Below are positions 36,957 through 45,802 of a stretch of 54,515 nucleotides of DNA, in pieces. Position 1 is the stretch's first letter, and each line of letters begins with the position of its first letter. The DNA is from a virus (Duplodnaviria; Caudoviricetes): positions 1 to 54,515 of the IMG/VR virus record IMGVR_UViG_3300016484_000532. One strand, given 5' to 3'. The translations under genes and the position numbers were made by a program. Below the pieces are notes generated by a model. It made no database searches. It saw only the letters and a program-made list of their open reading frames with translations, and was not told the DNA's origin.

Positions 36957-37041
36957 AAAGTGCCTGTCTTTCCAGGCTTGTCAGGGGCTTTCGCAGGATC
37001 CCCGGCCCGCACCAACTCACAGCGTGGCTTGCTGTCCGGAT

Positions 37042-37242
37042 CTAAACGGTTGGATCTGATACGGCTTCATACAGCCAGTAGCCTTGATCTTCCCAGGATC
37101 CTTCGATAAGTCTTTCTCGATGCAGCTTCCCCATTTCATCCGCGACCTCGCGATTGCTTTTGCCAAGAATGAAAGCCATTTGAGCTGCGGAAACCTGGCG
37201 CCCGACGATGTGCTTCAGAATTTGTGTGCGTAGGTCGGTCAT
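37042..37242 (-). CDS. Small winged-helix-like protein
   Basis: HTH-like pattern; ATGA overlap. Confidence 0.5.
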   Translation of the reverse strand: MTDLRTQILKHIVGRQVSAAQMAFILGKSNREVADEMGKLHRERLIEGSWEDQGYWLYEAVSDPTV

Positions 37243-37688
37243 GCTGCTTCCTCTTCTTCTTCATCTTCATCAAGATCCACTCCGCGATCAGCTGCAATCG
37301 CTAAAAGGAACTCGATGAACTCGGTAAATTCACGCTTCCTCATGCGGCTTGTGCTCACCCCTAGCATGACAATCCTCCCGTCCGTGGTCTGGGTCAGTCG
37401 AGCCATTTCGGCCCTAAAACTGGCGGAAAGGATTACTTTCCAGTCGTCCTTGCTGATCTTCTGCATGACCCCATTGATTGGCCACTCGATCTGCTGAGAA
37501 AACGCGGTCAGAATTCGCCAAAGCATTCGGTTCTGATCTACGTTTCTCAGCTTTTCGTGAACCCCTACCGTGACCTCAAGGGGAGCGCCGGATTCAGCCT
37601 GGCCAGACCAGCATTTGAGAACCCCCCAGAGCGCCTCAGCGTCCCAGGGGTTTCGCAAAACAAATCGCTGAACCTGCTCTTCGCTCAT
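37239..37688 (-). CDS. ninB: NinB/Orf family recombination protein
   Basis: RNVDQNRMLW...DDWK...GVSTSRMRKREFTEFIE motifs. Confidence 0.85.
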   Translation of the reverse strand: MSEEQVQRFVLRNPWDAEALWGVLKCWSGQAESGAPLEVTVGVHEKLRNVDQNRMLWRILTAFSQQIEWPINGVMQKISKDDWKVILSASFRAEMARLTQTTDGRIVMLGVSTSRMRKREFTEFIEFLLAIAADRGVDLDEDEEEEEAA

Positions 37689-37939
37689 TCAGCCCCTGCA
37701 AACTCCTGAAGCTCATCCAGCAATTCGCTGATGTTGTCAGCCTCGGTTTTGATGGCCTCGGTTTTGTCAGCAGCCAAAGCCTTCACAATCTTCCGAAGGA
37801 TTGAAGTCTCAACGAAGGTCGTCTTGCTTACCGCCTCGATGCCGGCCGTAAATTTCAGGACCGCATCGGCTCGCTCAGTGTTGAGCGCCAACAGCTCCGG
37901 GATGCACTCTTTGAGCGCGCTCAAATTGACCTGATTCAT
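37685..37939 (-). CDS. Small helical protein, possibly GapR/DsbA-like DNA-binding
   Basis: 84 aa; ILRKIVK helix; family assignment tentative. Confidence 0.45.
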   Translation of the reverse strand: MNQVNLSALKECIPELLALNTERADAVLKFTAGIEAVSKTTFVETSILRKIVKALAADKTEAIKTEADNISELLDELQEFAGAE

Positions 37940-38187
37940 TACGCGGCCTCCTTATCTTCTTTGTCAGAAACGGCTTTGATTTCCGCATGGATCTGGGCAA
38001 GCTCCCAAGTCAGAAATCTGGTCAGATCGTTGGTGAGCCTGGTCGATGATGGGGGCACAGCTCCGACGGCGTTGACGTAAGCGCTCACCCTTCTGGTGAT
38101 CGTGAGCTGCTGTTCATGTGCGACCGCTCCCTTCTCATTGACGAACAGTTCCCCGTCGCTGGTTTCATATCGGGTGACTTGTTTCAC
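37939..38187 (-). CDS. Hypothetical protein
   Basis: YETSDGELF motif common in phage small proteins. Confidence 0.55.
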   Translation of the reverse strand: MKQVTRYETSDGELFVNEKGAVAHEQQLTITRRVSAYVNAVGAVPPSSTRLTNDLTRFLTWELAQIHAEIKAVSDKEDKEAA

Positions 38188-39743
38188 GCTGCCTCCTTAA
38201 TGGCTGTTTGTGCTTTGAACTTTTCGTACTCGATCAGGATCCCCCGGATGCGAGAGTGATCCTTGAAGTCATGGACCTTCAGGAATTCAAGAATGTGAGG
38301 CTGGTGATCAATCACGGCCGCCTGCTTGATCTCTGCCGTCTCGACGACTTGAGGTTCTGGCGTCGAAACAGACTCCGCAGCCGCTTCTGTCACGACTGCG
38401 ACAGCCGCCTCTTGTTCACGCGCCTTGCGTTGAGCCTCGATCTGGGCCTCAATTTCCTTTTGCTTTCGCGCAATCTCAGCGTCCTGGCGCTCTTTCTCCT
38501 CGCGGATCCGCAGCTGCAGGATGGCGTTGAAATCTTCTGAAGGCTTGAGGCATAGCGCCGCAAAGTCAGGGAAGAGGTGTTTGTGATCTTCTGATGCTTT
38601 GCGGTTGATCTCGATCAGTCGCGCCTTGTCGTTGGCGTCGAGCTTGGCGTTGGCAAGAGCGGCGTTCAGCGCATCCTCCATGCCGGTGATTGTCTTCTTG
38701 CCTTTGATGGCTTCAGAAAACGGCGCGACGGCGACCAGGAACGGACACCCAAGCTGCCCATTGATCTCTCTAACGTATGCGTCGAAATCTTTTTGGGTCT
38801 TCTGCACAAGCTCGACTCGAATCGATTCCTTGCGAGCCTTCACCAGCTTGTCCAGCGTCCGCTCCTTGGTCATCGCGATCTCATCGATTTCGTCGATCGC
38901 TCTAAATAAGGCATCAATCGACCCTGTCTGTGACATCGCGTGATTCTTGGCGGCTTTCAGTCGATCCCGTACTTCCTTGCAAAACTTGACGGTCTTCTCG
39001 GCGTCCGCAAAGTCTTCGTCCGTATCAAGGTCCGTCTTGATGCCTTCGAAGACGGCAACCGCATGTGACTTGAACGCATCGATGTTTGACGCTGTGACCA
39101 TTCCGGTGACTTCGATATGCAGGGCAGGCAGCGCTTCAGGCGCTTTACCGACCGGAGCAACCCGTTCTTCAACGTGTTCGTATTCCTGTAGGTCGGCTTT
39201 GAACTGCGCCCAGCCCGCCACAATCCGCTGCTGATACGCCTTGTCTGGATAAACCCACATGTGCGCGGTGTTCTCTTCAGTGCCGCCTGTGCAAGTAAAC
39301 AAAACTTTTTCAGCGCCGGTCACAAGCATGATCTGCTGAACCTGCGGTTGGTGATGATCGGGAAGTACGTTGTTTCTGACTGACGCCAACAGATCCTTCG
39401 AATACTGTTTGCACTCCCAGGCCACGTCTTCCATGATCGTGATGCCATCGCAGGAACAAGAAATCTCCCCATCCGAAAACGTCCGGGGTTTCAGGTCGTC
39501 ACCGATAAACGCTTGCGCTAATGCCCGACCCAGCGGCTCAACCTCATGACCGTTATCCAAAACCCGCTGTTGTGCAGGCGATCTTTCGGGTGCTATTCCG
39601 GTCTTCTTGAATTTCAAAAGATCCGTTCGCGTCTGATACGGACTGATGCCAAGCATGGCGCTGGCTTCTGACGCTCCAAAATGGTTAGCTCGGAATTCAT
39701 GCCACTCAGGGGTGCCTTGAATCAATTCGTGGGTTTGTCTCAC
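38184..39743 (-). CDS. YqaJ-like (lambda-exonuclease family) protein with coiled-coil tail
   Basis: QGTPEWHEFR, GASE, SCDG, ECK, QVQQ motifs. Confidence 0.9.
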   Translation of the reverse strand: MRQTHELIQGTPEWHEFRANHFGASEASAMLGISPYQTRTDLLKFKKTGIAPERSPAQQRVLDNGHEVEPLGRALAQAFIGDDLKPRTFSDGEISCSCDGITIMEDVAWECKQYSKDLLASVRNNVLPDHHQPQVQQIMLVTGAEKVLFTCTGGTEENTAHMWVYPDKAYQQRIVAGWAQFKADLQEYEHVEERVAPVGKAPEALPALHIEVTGMVTASNIDAFKSHAVAVFEGIKTDLDTDEDFADAEKTVKFCKEVRDRLKAAKNHAMSQTGSIDALFRAIDEIDEIAMTKERTLDKLVKARKESIRVELVQKTQKDFDAYVREINGQLGCPFLVAVAPFSEAIKGKKTITGMEDALNAALANAKLDANDKARLIEINRKASEDHKHLFPDFAALCLKPSEDFNAILQLRIREEKERQDAEIARKQKEIEAQIEAQRKAREQEAAVAVVTEAAAESVSTPEPQVVETAEIKQAAVIDHQPHILEFLKVHDFKDHSRIRGILIEYEKFKAQTAIKEAA

Positions 39744-40489
39744 GCTGCTTCTCCTTCATTTTTAATGGCGAGTTCGATGTCATAGATCGCGTTTACCTGA
39801 TGTTCTGTCAGGGTGTTCGTTGTGGACACAAAACTGATAACTTCGTCGGCTGTTTTGCCCCTCCGCATCCATCCTTCGTACTTCGAAGCAGAAGCAATAA
39901 ATGCCTCATCCGAAAGCCCGGGAAGGATGTCGTTTGTTTTTGGTTGCGCTGGCGGAGCTGGATTAACGACCCGCTCGGATCCTTCAAGGATGCGATCCGC
40001 TTCGTCTTGGTCGTAAATTCCGGTGTAGCCAAAAGCCAGTCGAGCAGCCTGTATCAAGGCCTTATGCCGAAGCATGCGCTTGGGGTGTGAAGTCCATGGA
40101 CCAACATTTGAGCGTTTGCATTCAGACATGTATTCGGTAACCCGGATCGGTCGGCTGCGATCCTTGCGGTACACAATGCAAGTGCAAGCCTCATCGGTTT
40201 GCTCAAAATCAAGACCGTCAAACTGCGGATGTTCATTGATGATCCGACTCCATCCATCCACGCCAACAACCGGAACGATTCCGTTGTTCTTGTCAGGAAA
40301 AGCGTAGATCTCGCGGGTCCAAGGATTCAGGCCGTACTGATTGGCAACCACCATCAAGGCGGTCATCTGTGCGTCAGAAACTTGGCCTTTGAAAGCTGTA
40401 GCCTTCAGGGTGTCTATGAGCTGGCTGCCGTCGCCCATATTGAGCTTGGTCGCCAGCTGGTTGGTTAATGTAGTAAGCGCATTGCTCAT
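39740..40489 (-). CDS. bet: Phage recombination protein Bet/RecT
   Basis: YGLNPWTREIYAFP, VVGVDGW, PKRMLRHKALIQAARLAFG. Confidence 0.92.
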   Translation of the reverse strand: MSNALTTLTNQLATKLNMGDGSQLIDTLKATAFKGQVSDAQMTALMVVANQYGLNPWTREIYAFPDKNNGIVPVVGVDGWSRIINEHPQFDGLDFEQTDEACTCIVYRKDRSRPIRVTEYMSECKRSNVGPWTSHPKRMLRHKALIQAARLAFGYTGIYDQDEADRILEGSERVVNPAPPAQPKTNDILPGLSDEAFIASASKYEGWMRRGKTADEVISFVSTTNTLTEHQVNAIYDIELAIKNEGEAA

Positions 40490-40618
40490 GTTCGTTCTCG
40501 CTGATGATCGTCGTTATTAGGTGTGACCGGCCCACGTTTTCCCGGGAACTGCCTCGGAGAGGGCTAACAGGCTCTCTGTCCGGTCTGCGGGATATGCCTC
40601 TAACCGCCTTGGCTACGT

Positions 40619-40750
40619 TTATGCGCGTTTAGCTGATATCAACCGACATTCCGTTGTGCGGGCTTTCTGAACCGCGTGAAATGCTTTTGCGTACTGTCGT
40701 TCAAATTGCCAGGTCAGGTATTTGATGTAGATCCGGCGCATCACTGTCAT
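40619..40750 (-). CDS. Small hypothetical protein (43 aa)
   Basis: ATGA-coupled to the upstream ORF. Confidence 0.4.
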   Translation of the reverse strand: MTVMRRIYIKYLTWQFERQYAKAFHAVQKARTTECRLISAKRA

Positions 40751-40929
40751 GGCGTCGGCTCCGTGTTAATGAAGCTCCGCACAAACCGCGCCTCATGGAA
40801 ATAGTCGTGGGACACCAATTCGTGATGCAGATCCTCAAGAGCTGCGAGCCTGACCTTGTGAATGAATTGCATGGGCCTGAACTTTGCGCCAACCAACATG
40901 CGCCAATAGCGTTTCCAGTTCAGTTTCAT
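40747..40929 (-). CDS. Small hypothetical protein
   Basis: ATGA-coupled on both sides. Confidence 0.5.
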   Translation of the reverse strand: MKLNWKRYWRMLVGAKFRPMQFIHKVRLAALEDLHHELVSHDYFHEARFVRSFINTEPTP

Positions 40930-41054
40930 TTCTGCGCCACCTGCACGGATCCCTGTTCCATCATTTCCGCGTCAAGCTGATCCATGCGACCCATGATCAA
41001 AAGGCAAATCAGCATTAGCAGCAAACCGATAAATTGCTTTTCTGTTTGTTCCAT
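40926..41054 (-). CDS. Small membrane protein (42 aa), first gene of the leftward operon
   Basis: GGAG RBS; hydrophobic FIGLLLMLICLLIM stretch. Confidence 0.55.
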   Translation of the reverse strand: MEQTEKQFIGLLLMLICLLIMGRMDQLDAEMMEQGSVQVAQK

Positions 41055-41161
41055 TTGCGTTCTCCAAAAATTGCCCCCTGTCCTTGTGTCTCTGAATGAA
41101 GCCATTCACTACAGGGCATTGATGCTTCCGCGCTGACCTGGGCAGCTAGGGGGCGAAAAGA

Positions 41162-41207
41162 ATGCTACCCAAAAGGGTAATCCGTAGTCAATACCCATGA
41201 GGGTATT
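41162..41207 (-). promoter_or_regulatory. PL-like promoter with two operator palindromes TACCC-N4-GGGTA
   Basis: Operators at 41166-41179 and 41192-41205; -35 TTGACT and -10 TAGCAT with 18 bp spacing. Confidence 0.8.
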
Positions 41208-41222
41208 TATTTTTTTGGAGGC

Positions 41223-41246
41223 AAAAAAAACCCGCCGAAGCGGGAT
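41223..41246 (-). terminator. Terminator downstream of the repressor gene
   Basis: Minus strand CCCGC-TTCG-GCGGG plus T8. Confidence 0.8.
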
Positions 41247-41275
41247 CCTTTCAATGAGGCAGGTAGAAAAATTGA

Positions 41276-42022
41276 TTAATTGCTGCCGCCACGTCGACGA
41301 AGCCGGCGAATGTGGTCAACCGCAGTTCCAATGATTTTTATGGGCTGAAAATCCGAGCGCATGGGTTCGTAATCTTCATTTAAAGGGACTAGCTCGAAAT
41401 AGGATTCGCCTTTTTCATTAAGGCCTCGTGGTCGATATTTTTTGAAGGTTGCTTCTTCTTCGCTGTTTTTAGCTACAACATAATCACCTGGACCAGGGGA
41501 AACATCTGGATCCACGATGATGGTGTCTCCGTCACGAAAATCCGGCTCCATGGAGTCGCCTTTGATGATGAGCGCAAAGGTGTGCGGGCCAACCTCCTGA
41601 TAAACAGGTAGCCAATCGTCACCGTCACCAGGGGATAAATAGTCAGCGACCTCACTCCAATTCCCGGCTTGCACCCAAGATATCAACGGCACCCTTTTAC
41701 CAACAGAAAGAGTTTCTGAGACGTTTGATGATGCTGCATCAAGTCTGGGCGGATCAATACGTCGTATGTTGGCCAAAGAGGATATTCCGGTCTCTGTCGG
41801 TTGATCTAGCCACAAATGAGGCAAACCAAGAGATTTCTCTATATCTCGGGCTAAGTCTTCTCCAATCCCGCGCTGATCCTTTCCGGATCCCACCGCAAGC
41901 ATCCTGTGAACATTTGGAGCGGGCCGACCTATTGCTTTTGCGAAAGCGGCTTTGTTTCCGTCAAAGCGCTCCTTGATGAGCAAGAGAACTCTGTCCCGCC
42001 TGCAGTATTTGATGATTTCCAT
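41276..42022 (-). CDS. cI: CI-like repressor (HTH plus S24 autopeptidase)
   Basis: VPLISWVQAG cleavage site, GDSMEP, TFKKY; likely start MEIIK at 42022. Confidence 0.9.
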   Translation of the reverse strand: MEIIKYCRRDRVLLLIKERFDGNKAAFAKAIGRPAPNVHRMLAVGSGKDQRGIGEDLARDIEKSLGLPHLWLDQPTETGISSLANIRRIDPPRLDAASSNVSETLSVGKRVPLISWVQAGNWSEVADYLSPGDGDDWLPVYQEVGPHTFALIIKGDSMEPDFRDGDTIIVDPDVSPGPGDYVVAKNSEEEATFKKYRPRGLNEKGESYFELVPLNEDYEPMRSDFQPIKIIGTAVDHIRRLRRRGGSN

Positions 42023-42058
42023 TTCTTGATTACACCCGAAAAAAATCCTACTGGGGAT

Positions 42059-42102
42059 TCTCCAAGAGGGTATTGCGCGCACAGTACCCTTGGGGGTACT
42101 AT
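42059..42102 (+). promoter_or_regulatory. PR-like promoter with two operators
   Basis: TCTCC-AAGA-GGGTA (42059) and TACCC-TTGG-GGGTA (42085); -35 TTGCGC and -10 TACTAT. Confidence 0.8.
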
Positions 42103-42108
42103 CTTCGC

Positions 42109-42333
42109 ATGAGCCTAAAAGACTACATGCGGACCCTCTCTGCTGAAGAAAAGAGGGATTTTTCAGATCGCTGTGGCGCATCACTGTCGCACCTCAAATT
42201 TGTGGCTTACAGAGCGAAGCATCCAAGCGCTGAATTGGCTGTGCGAATAGAGGAAGCCAGTAACGGTGCAGTGACCGCAGAATCGTTGCGCCCTGATGTT
42301 CCCTGGCACGTCATTCGCGGGAAGGCCGCATGA
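42109..42333 (+). CDS. cro: Cro/YdaS-like HTH protein
   Basis: Divergent from cI; IEEASNGAVTAESLRPD motif. Confidence 0.85.
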   Translation: MSLKDYMRTLSAEEKRDFSDRCGASLSHLKFVAYRAKHPSAELAVRIEEASNGAVTAESLRPDVPWHVIRGKAA

Positions 42334-42421
42334 AAACCCGTGCGCCGCGACGGCAAAAAGCGGCAATTTCTCTCCTCTAACTTCCCCTGTCTTAGGGCCG
42401 GGTTTTTTTGGGTCATAAGCG

Positions 42422-42610
42422 ATGCCGGAAAAAAAGATTGATGAACTGAAGATCCACGTCACTGAGACGATGAAAAGGGATCTGCAGGACATGGCCTTGA
42501 TTGAGGACAGAAAGGTTTCGGATTTAGCGCGACACATCATTGAGCTTTACCTCTATGGCGCAAAGCATCGCGTGAAGCTCCAAGAAACAGAAGGGGCAAA
42601 TAGGGACTAA
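42422..42610 (+). CDS. Small regulator in the CII position (ribbon-helix-helix-like)
   Basis: LKIHVTETMKRDLQDMA...VSDLARHII pattern. Confidence 0.55.
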   Translation: MPEKKIDELKIHVTETMKRDLQDMALIEDRKVSDLARHIIELYLYGAKHRVKLQETEGANRD

Positions 42611-42786
42611 TGACGAAGTCAGCTCACACATTAAAGACCAGCGTCGGGCCTGAACCGTGCCTGCAATGCACGGTGTGTATGCAGGAATTCTGCAGAACAA
42701 AAGCGCCTCGCTGCGATGCGTTCAAGCATTACGTCAAGACCGGCGTCACTCCGGAAAAATCACCTTATGGCTGGGTGGTCGACTGA
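42610..42786 (+). CDS. Small Cys-rich protein (58 aa)
   Basis: CLQCTVC...C...C; TAATG coupling. Confidence 0.5.
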   Translation: MTKSAHTLKTSVGPEPCLQCTVCMQEFCRTKAPRCDAFKHYVKTGVTPEKSPYGWVVD

Positions 42787-42787
42787 C

Positions 42788-43087
42788 ATGGATAGGCGAT
42801 GGGATCCCAGAGAAGACGAGATTCTAGTCCAGCTCTATCGGCAACTGGGAGCGAAGCGTCTGGCGCGATTCATCCCGCGATCTGCACACGCAATTCATAC
42901 CAGAGCTTACGCGCTAGGGCTTACCAATCGATACGCCTGGACCAAGGTTGAAGACCTTACGGTCCGGCTTTTTTATGGCTGGGTCGACATCAAGGAGATT
43001 GCCAAAAGCCTTGGGCGCAGGACCGTTGGGTCCATTTATGCCCGGGCATGGCGACTTGGTATCGCTAAAGAGCGGGAGGAGTGGTGA
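42788..43087 (+). CDS. Tandem Myb/SANT-like HTH repeat protein
   Basis: Two W...ED..L...Y...A....R....I..RA..LG repeats. Confidence 0.6.
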   Translation: MDRRWDPREDEILVQLYRQLGAKRLARFIPRSAHAIHTRAYALGLTNRYAWTKVEDLTVRLFYGWVDIKEIAKSLGRRTVGSIYARAWRLGIAKEREEW

Positions 43088-43278
43088 GAACTAGCCGTAT
43101 TGGTCTGTTGGATATCGCCACGAGGTCACAGGTTGTGAGCCTTTGCCGAGCAGGTCTTCGCCCATCAGAAATCTGCGAGCGTCTTGGAATCTTCGGAAAC
43201 TCTGACGAAAACGCGGTGAGGCAGGTCTGTGGTGAGCTGCAAAAGAAAAGAGCCTTTGGGTACACGCGGACAAATTAG
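43081..43278 (+). CDS. Small HTH-like protein
   Basis: GLRPSEICERLGI; GGAGGA RBS. Confidence 0.45.
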   Translation: MVRTSRIGLLDIATRSQVVSLCRAGLRPSEICERLGIFGNSDENAVRQVCGELQKKRAFGYTRTN

Positions 43279-43280
43279 TC

Positions 43281-44156
43281 ATGCACTTCTTCAAATTTCA
43301 TATCGGTGATTACCGGCAAGCCACGATGCACCTCACCAACGAGGAAGATCTGGCGTACCGACGTTTGCTCGAAATGTACTACGACACCGAGCAACCAATA
43401 CCCACCGATATCCCATGGGTTTCCCGCCGCTTACGTTTGGATACCCACTGCATCGAATCGGTACTAAATGACTTCTTTACCCTGACCGAAAAGGGGTGGG
43501 TCAACCACCGTGCAGACCAAGAAATTGCCGACTATCACGCATGGATGGAAAAGCAGAAAGCCAATGGTAGCAAGGGTGGCAGACCGAAAAAAACCCATGG
43601 GTTACCCAGCGCTAACCCAACCCAAACCCAAAATAACCATAAACCAGAAACCATAAACCATAAACCAGAAATAAAACCCTCCCCTACCCCTCCCGAGGAG
43701 GGGGGTGTTGTGTCGATAGCAAATGGAACTAACCCACGCGCCAAGGGAGAGCATCCAGCATTTGCAGCAATTTGGGCGCAGTACCCCAAAAGGCCGGGAG
43801 CCTCCCGAGCCTCAACGCTGAAAGCCTTCAACGCCAGGGTCAATGAAGGCGTCGCTCCGGAGACCATGCTCTTCGGCGTCAGGGCTTATGCGGCGTATTG
43901 CGCCAAGGCAATCGCAGATCCCAAACACATCAAGCAACCAGAAACCTTTTTCGGCCCCGGTCAGCACTACCTCAGCGACTGGAGCTACACCCCGCCGCAG
44001 GGAGGATCCCATGCAAGACATCAAGACACTGACAACTCAGCTCCAGCCAAGGTCCGACGAGCCATCGCAGAGCGCGAAGCTCGACGACAAGCGGAGGGCA
44101 CTGGGCCTCCCGGCGGGGAAGTCATCGACGGGGAATTTACGCGAACGGCATTTTGA
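43281..44156 (+). CDS. Replication initiator, DUF1376/YdaU family
   Basis: FHIGDYRQATMHLTNEEDLAYRRLL..YY; NGSKGGRP; C-terminal W..YPKR/PETF. Confidence 0.85.
   Translation: MHFFKFHIGDYRQATMHLTNEEDLAYRRLLEMYYDTEQPIPTDIPWVSRRLRLDTHCIESVLNDFFTLTEKGWVNHRADQEIADYHAWMEKQKANGSKGGRPKKTHGLPSANPTQTQNNHKPETINHKPEIKPSPTPPEEGGVVSIANGTNPRAKGEHPAFAAIWAQYPKRPGASRASTLKAFNARVNEGVAPETMLFGVRAYAAYCAKAIADPKHIKQPETFFGPGQHYLSDWSYTPPQGGSHARHQDTDNSAPAKVRRAIAEREARRQAEGTGPPGGEVIDGEFTRTAF
43590..43710 (+). repeat. Candidate replication origin iterons inside the initiator gene
   Basis: Five tandem AACCA(T/G)A heptamers at 43635-43669, an AACCCATGGGTT palindrome and AACCCA repeats. Confidence 0.55.
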
Positions 44157-44475
44157 TCGGCTCTGGGAGCGTATGAGCGAGACATTCGGACACACCTGGG
44201 TATCGAGTTTTGGAACCGAACCAAATGCGGCATGGATCGATGGACTATCCGACATGAACGAGGAAGACATCGTGTTTGGTCTGGGTGCGCTGAAGAGCTG
44301 GAAATCAGATTTCCCGCCCAACCTTCTGCAGTTCCGAGCGCTTTGTCGGCCGGTGATCGAGGAGGCGCACAGGATTCATCGACCAGCTTTGCCTGAGCCT
44401 GCCGAATCAAGGGCGAAGCGAATGCAGTCAGGACGCGAAGCGATTGCGGCAATCAGGGAAAAGATGGCTTTGTGA
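44011..44475 (+). CDS. Replication protein P-like helicase loader
   Basis: LWERM...FGHTW.S.FG, W..GL, FPPNLLQFRALC; GGAGGA RBS. Confidence 0.7.
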   Translation: MQDIKTLTTQLQPRSDEPSQSAKLDDKRRALGLPAGKSSTGNLRERHFDRLWERMSETFGHTWVSSFGTEPNAAWIDGLSDMNEEDIVFGLGALKSWKSDFPPNLLQFRALCRPVIEEAHRIHRPALPEPAESRAKRMQSGREAIAAIREKMAL

Positions 44476-44858
44476 GTGATTTTGATGAGGCGTATGCGCG
44501 GCTGCAAGGCCGCGTCGAAGCCGCAAAGTTTGAGCGGAAAAGAAAATGGAATTTGATTCAGGCGGAAGCACCGGAAATCGCTGACTTTTTGACGGAAATG
44601 AATCAGGCGTTCGGAAAAGCGGAGCAAACATGGGTGGTTCTCGATGGAAAACGGATTTTGGGACCAAGGCTGATGACTAGCATCGACCACTGGGAAGAAG
44701 ACGTTGCATGGTTGGAGGCGCAGCAAGAGGGTGAGGTCTCGGTGATCGATGCTGACTGGTTCGCGGAAAAGGTTTTTGACCTCATGCGGAAAGGGCAGCT
44801 TACTCGGGGCGAAGCAAGGCAGGCAGCATTCAGATTGATTAAGGGGAGGTTGGCGTGA
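44472..44858 (+). CDS. Hypothetical protein
   Basis: GTGA coupling. Confidence 0.5.
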   Translation: MSDFDEAYARLQGRVEAAKFERKRKWNLIQAEAPEIADFLTEMNQAFGKAEQTWVVLDGKRILGPRLMTSIDHWEEDVAWLEAQQEGEVSVIDADWFAEKVFDLMRKGQLTRGEARQAAFRLIKGRLA

Positions 44859-45118
44859 CCGAGTATTGGCATGAGCTTTTAGAAGCTGCCCGAGGTGAAT
44901 GGCTGGACCGCGCTAGGGCTATGGCGAGACAGATCGCCATTAAGCGTGGGGTTGTGACGTCGGACGATCTTTGGAAGGCATGCCCACCCCCTGCGGAGGT
45001 AGATCCGCGCGTCATGGGAGCTGTGTTCCAGAAGGAAGAATTTACCCAGATAGGGTTTGTGAAATCAACGCGAACAGCCTGCCACAAACGGCCTATTGGG
45101 CAATGGGTTTTGAAATGA
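44855..45118 (+). CDS. Hypothetical phage protein
   Basis: GGAGG RBS; coupled. Confidence 0.55.
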   Translation: MTEYWHELLEAARGEWLDRARAMARQIAIKRGVVTSDDLWKACPPPAEVDPRVMGAVFQKEEFTQIGFVKSTRTACHKRPIGQWVLK

Positions 45119-45378
45119 GCGCAGCAGCCAAACGCCATCTTTCTAGGGTCCATGAAATCCCGTGCGTTATGTGCGGAGCCACCCCAGTCGAAGCCCACCA
45201 TATTCGCGATGGTCAGGGTATGAGTCAGCGGGCAAACGACTGGATGGTTGCGGCACTCTGCGCTGAGTGTCACCGAGGAGATAACGGGGTTCATCACTCA
45301 AGAACCCTGATGCGTATTCATAAATTGACCGAGCAGGACTTGGTCGCACGAACACTGGAAGCACTGTATGGCCGCTGA
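45115..45378 (+). CDS. Ref/DUF968-like HNH nuclease
   Basis: CVMCG, EAHH, LCAECHRG...GVH. Confidence 0.75.
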   Translation: MSAAAKRHLSRVHEIPCVMCGATPVEAHHIRDGQGMSQRANDWMVAALCAECHRGDNGVHHSRTLMRIHKLTEQDLVARTLEALYGR

Positions 45379-45802
45379 AGACAGCATGGTTGGGAAGCAA
45401 ATCAATTCATGGACGGTTCTCGAAAAAATCGAGAAAGGCAAAGGCGTGATCTTTTACCAATGCGTGTGTGTCTGTGGCGCCGAAAAAGAGGTTGCTGCGA
45501 TATCGCTTAGGAATGGCCATTCGAAAAGCTGCGGCTGCGTCAAAAGCGAGGCAAAAGCGGCAAAAGAGGATGTGACGCCACCAGAGGCAATAGAAGCGCT
45601 TTCCCTCATTAGTGAAGGTTATTTGCCAACAGCGGATCAGATCGGGCTTACGGGTTCGCCCGCGTGGACGTTTGAGTCAATCGCGAGGATTTTTGGCATC
45701 GACAGAAATCGCTTGATTAAAGAAATCAAAGCATCTGGTTCCCGGTTTGGTGATGAAGGGAAACAAAAAAAGGAGCCGGCGCAGGGATGGGCAGTCAGCT
45801 AG
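45368..45802 (+). CDS. Zn-binding domain (CxCxCG...SCGC) fused to an HTH-like region
   Basis: N-terminal motif typical of HNH/AP2 endonuclease accessory domains. Confidence 0.55.
   Translation: MAAEDSMVGKQINSWTVLEKIEKGKGVIFYQCVCVCGAEKEVAAISLRNGHSKSCGCVKSEAKAAKEDVTPPEAIEALSLISEGYLPTADQIGLTGSPAWTFESIARIFGIDRNRLIKEIKASGSRFGDEGKQKKEPAQGWAVS

Noticed and set aside
42023-42184. N-terminal extension of cI in the ORF track
   Set aside because: Overlaps the operators, PR and cro; the true start is more likely 42022
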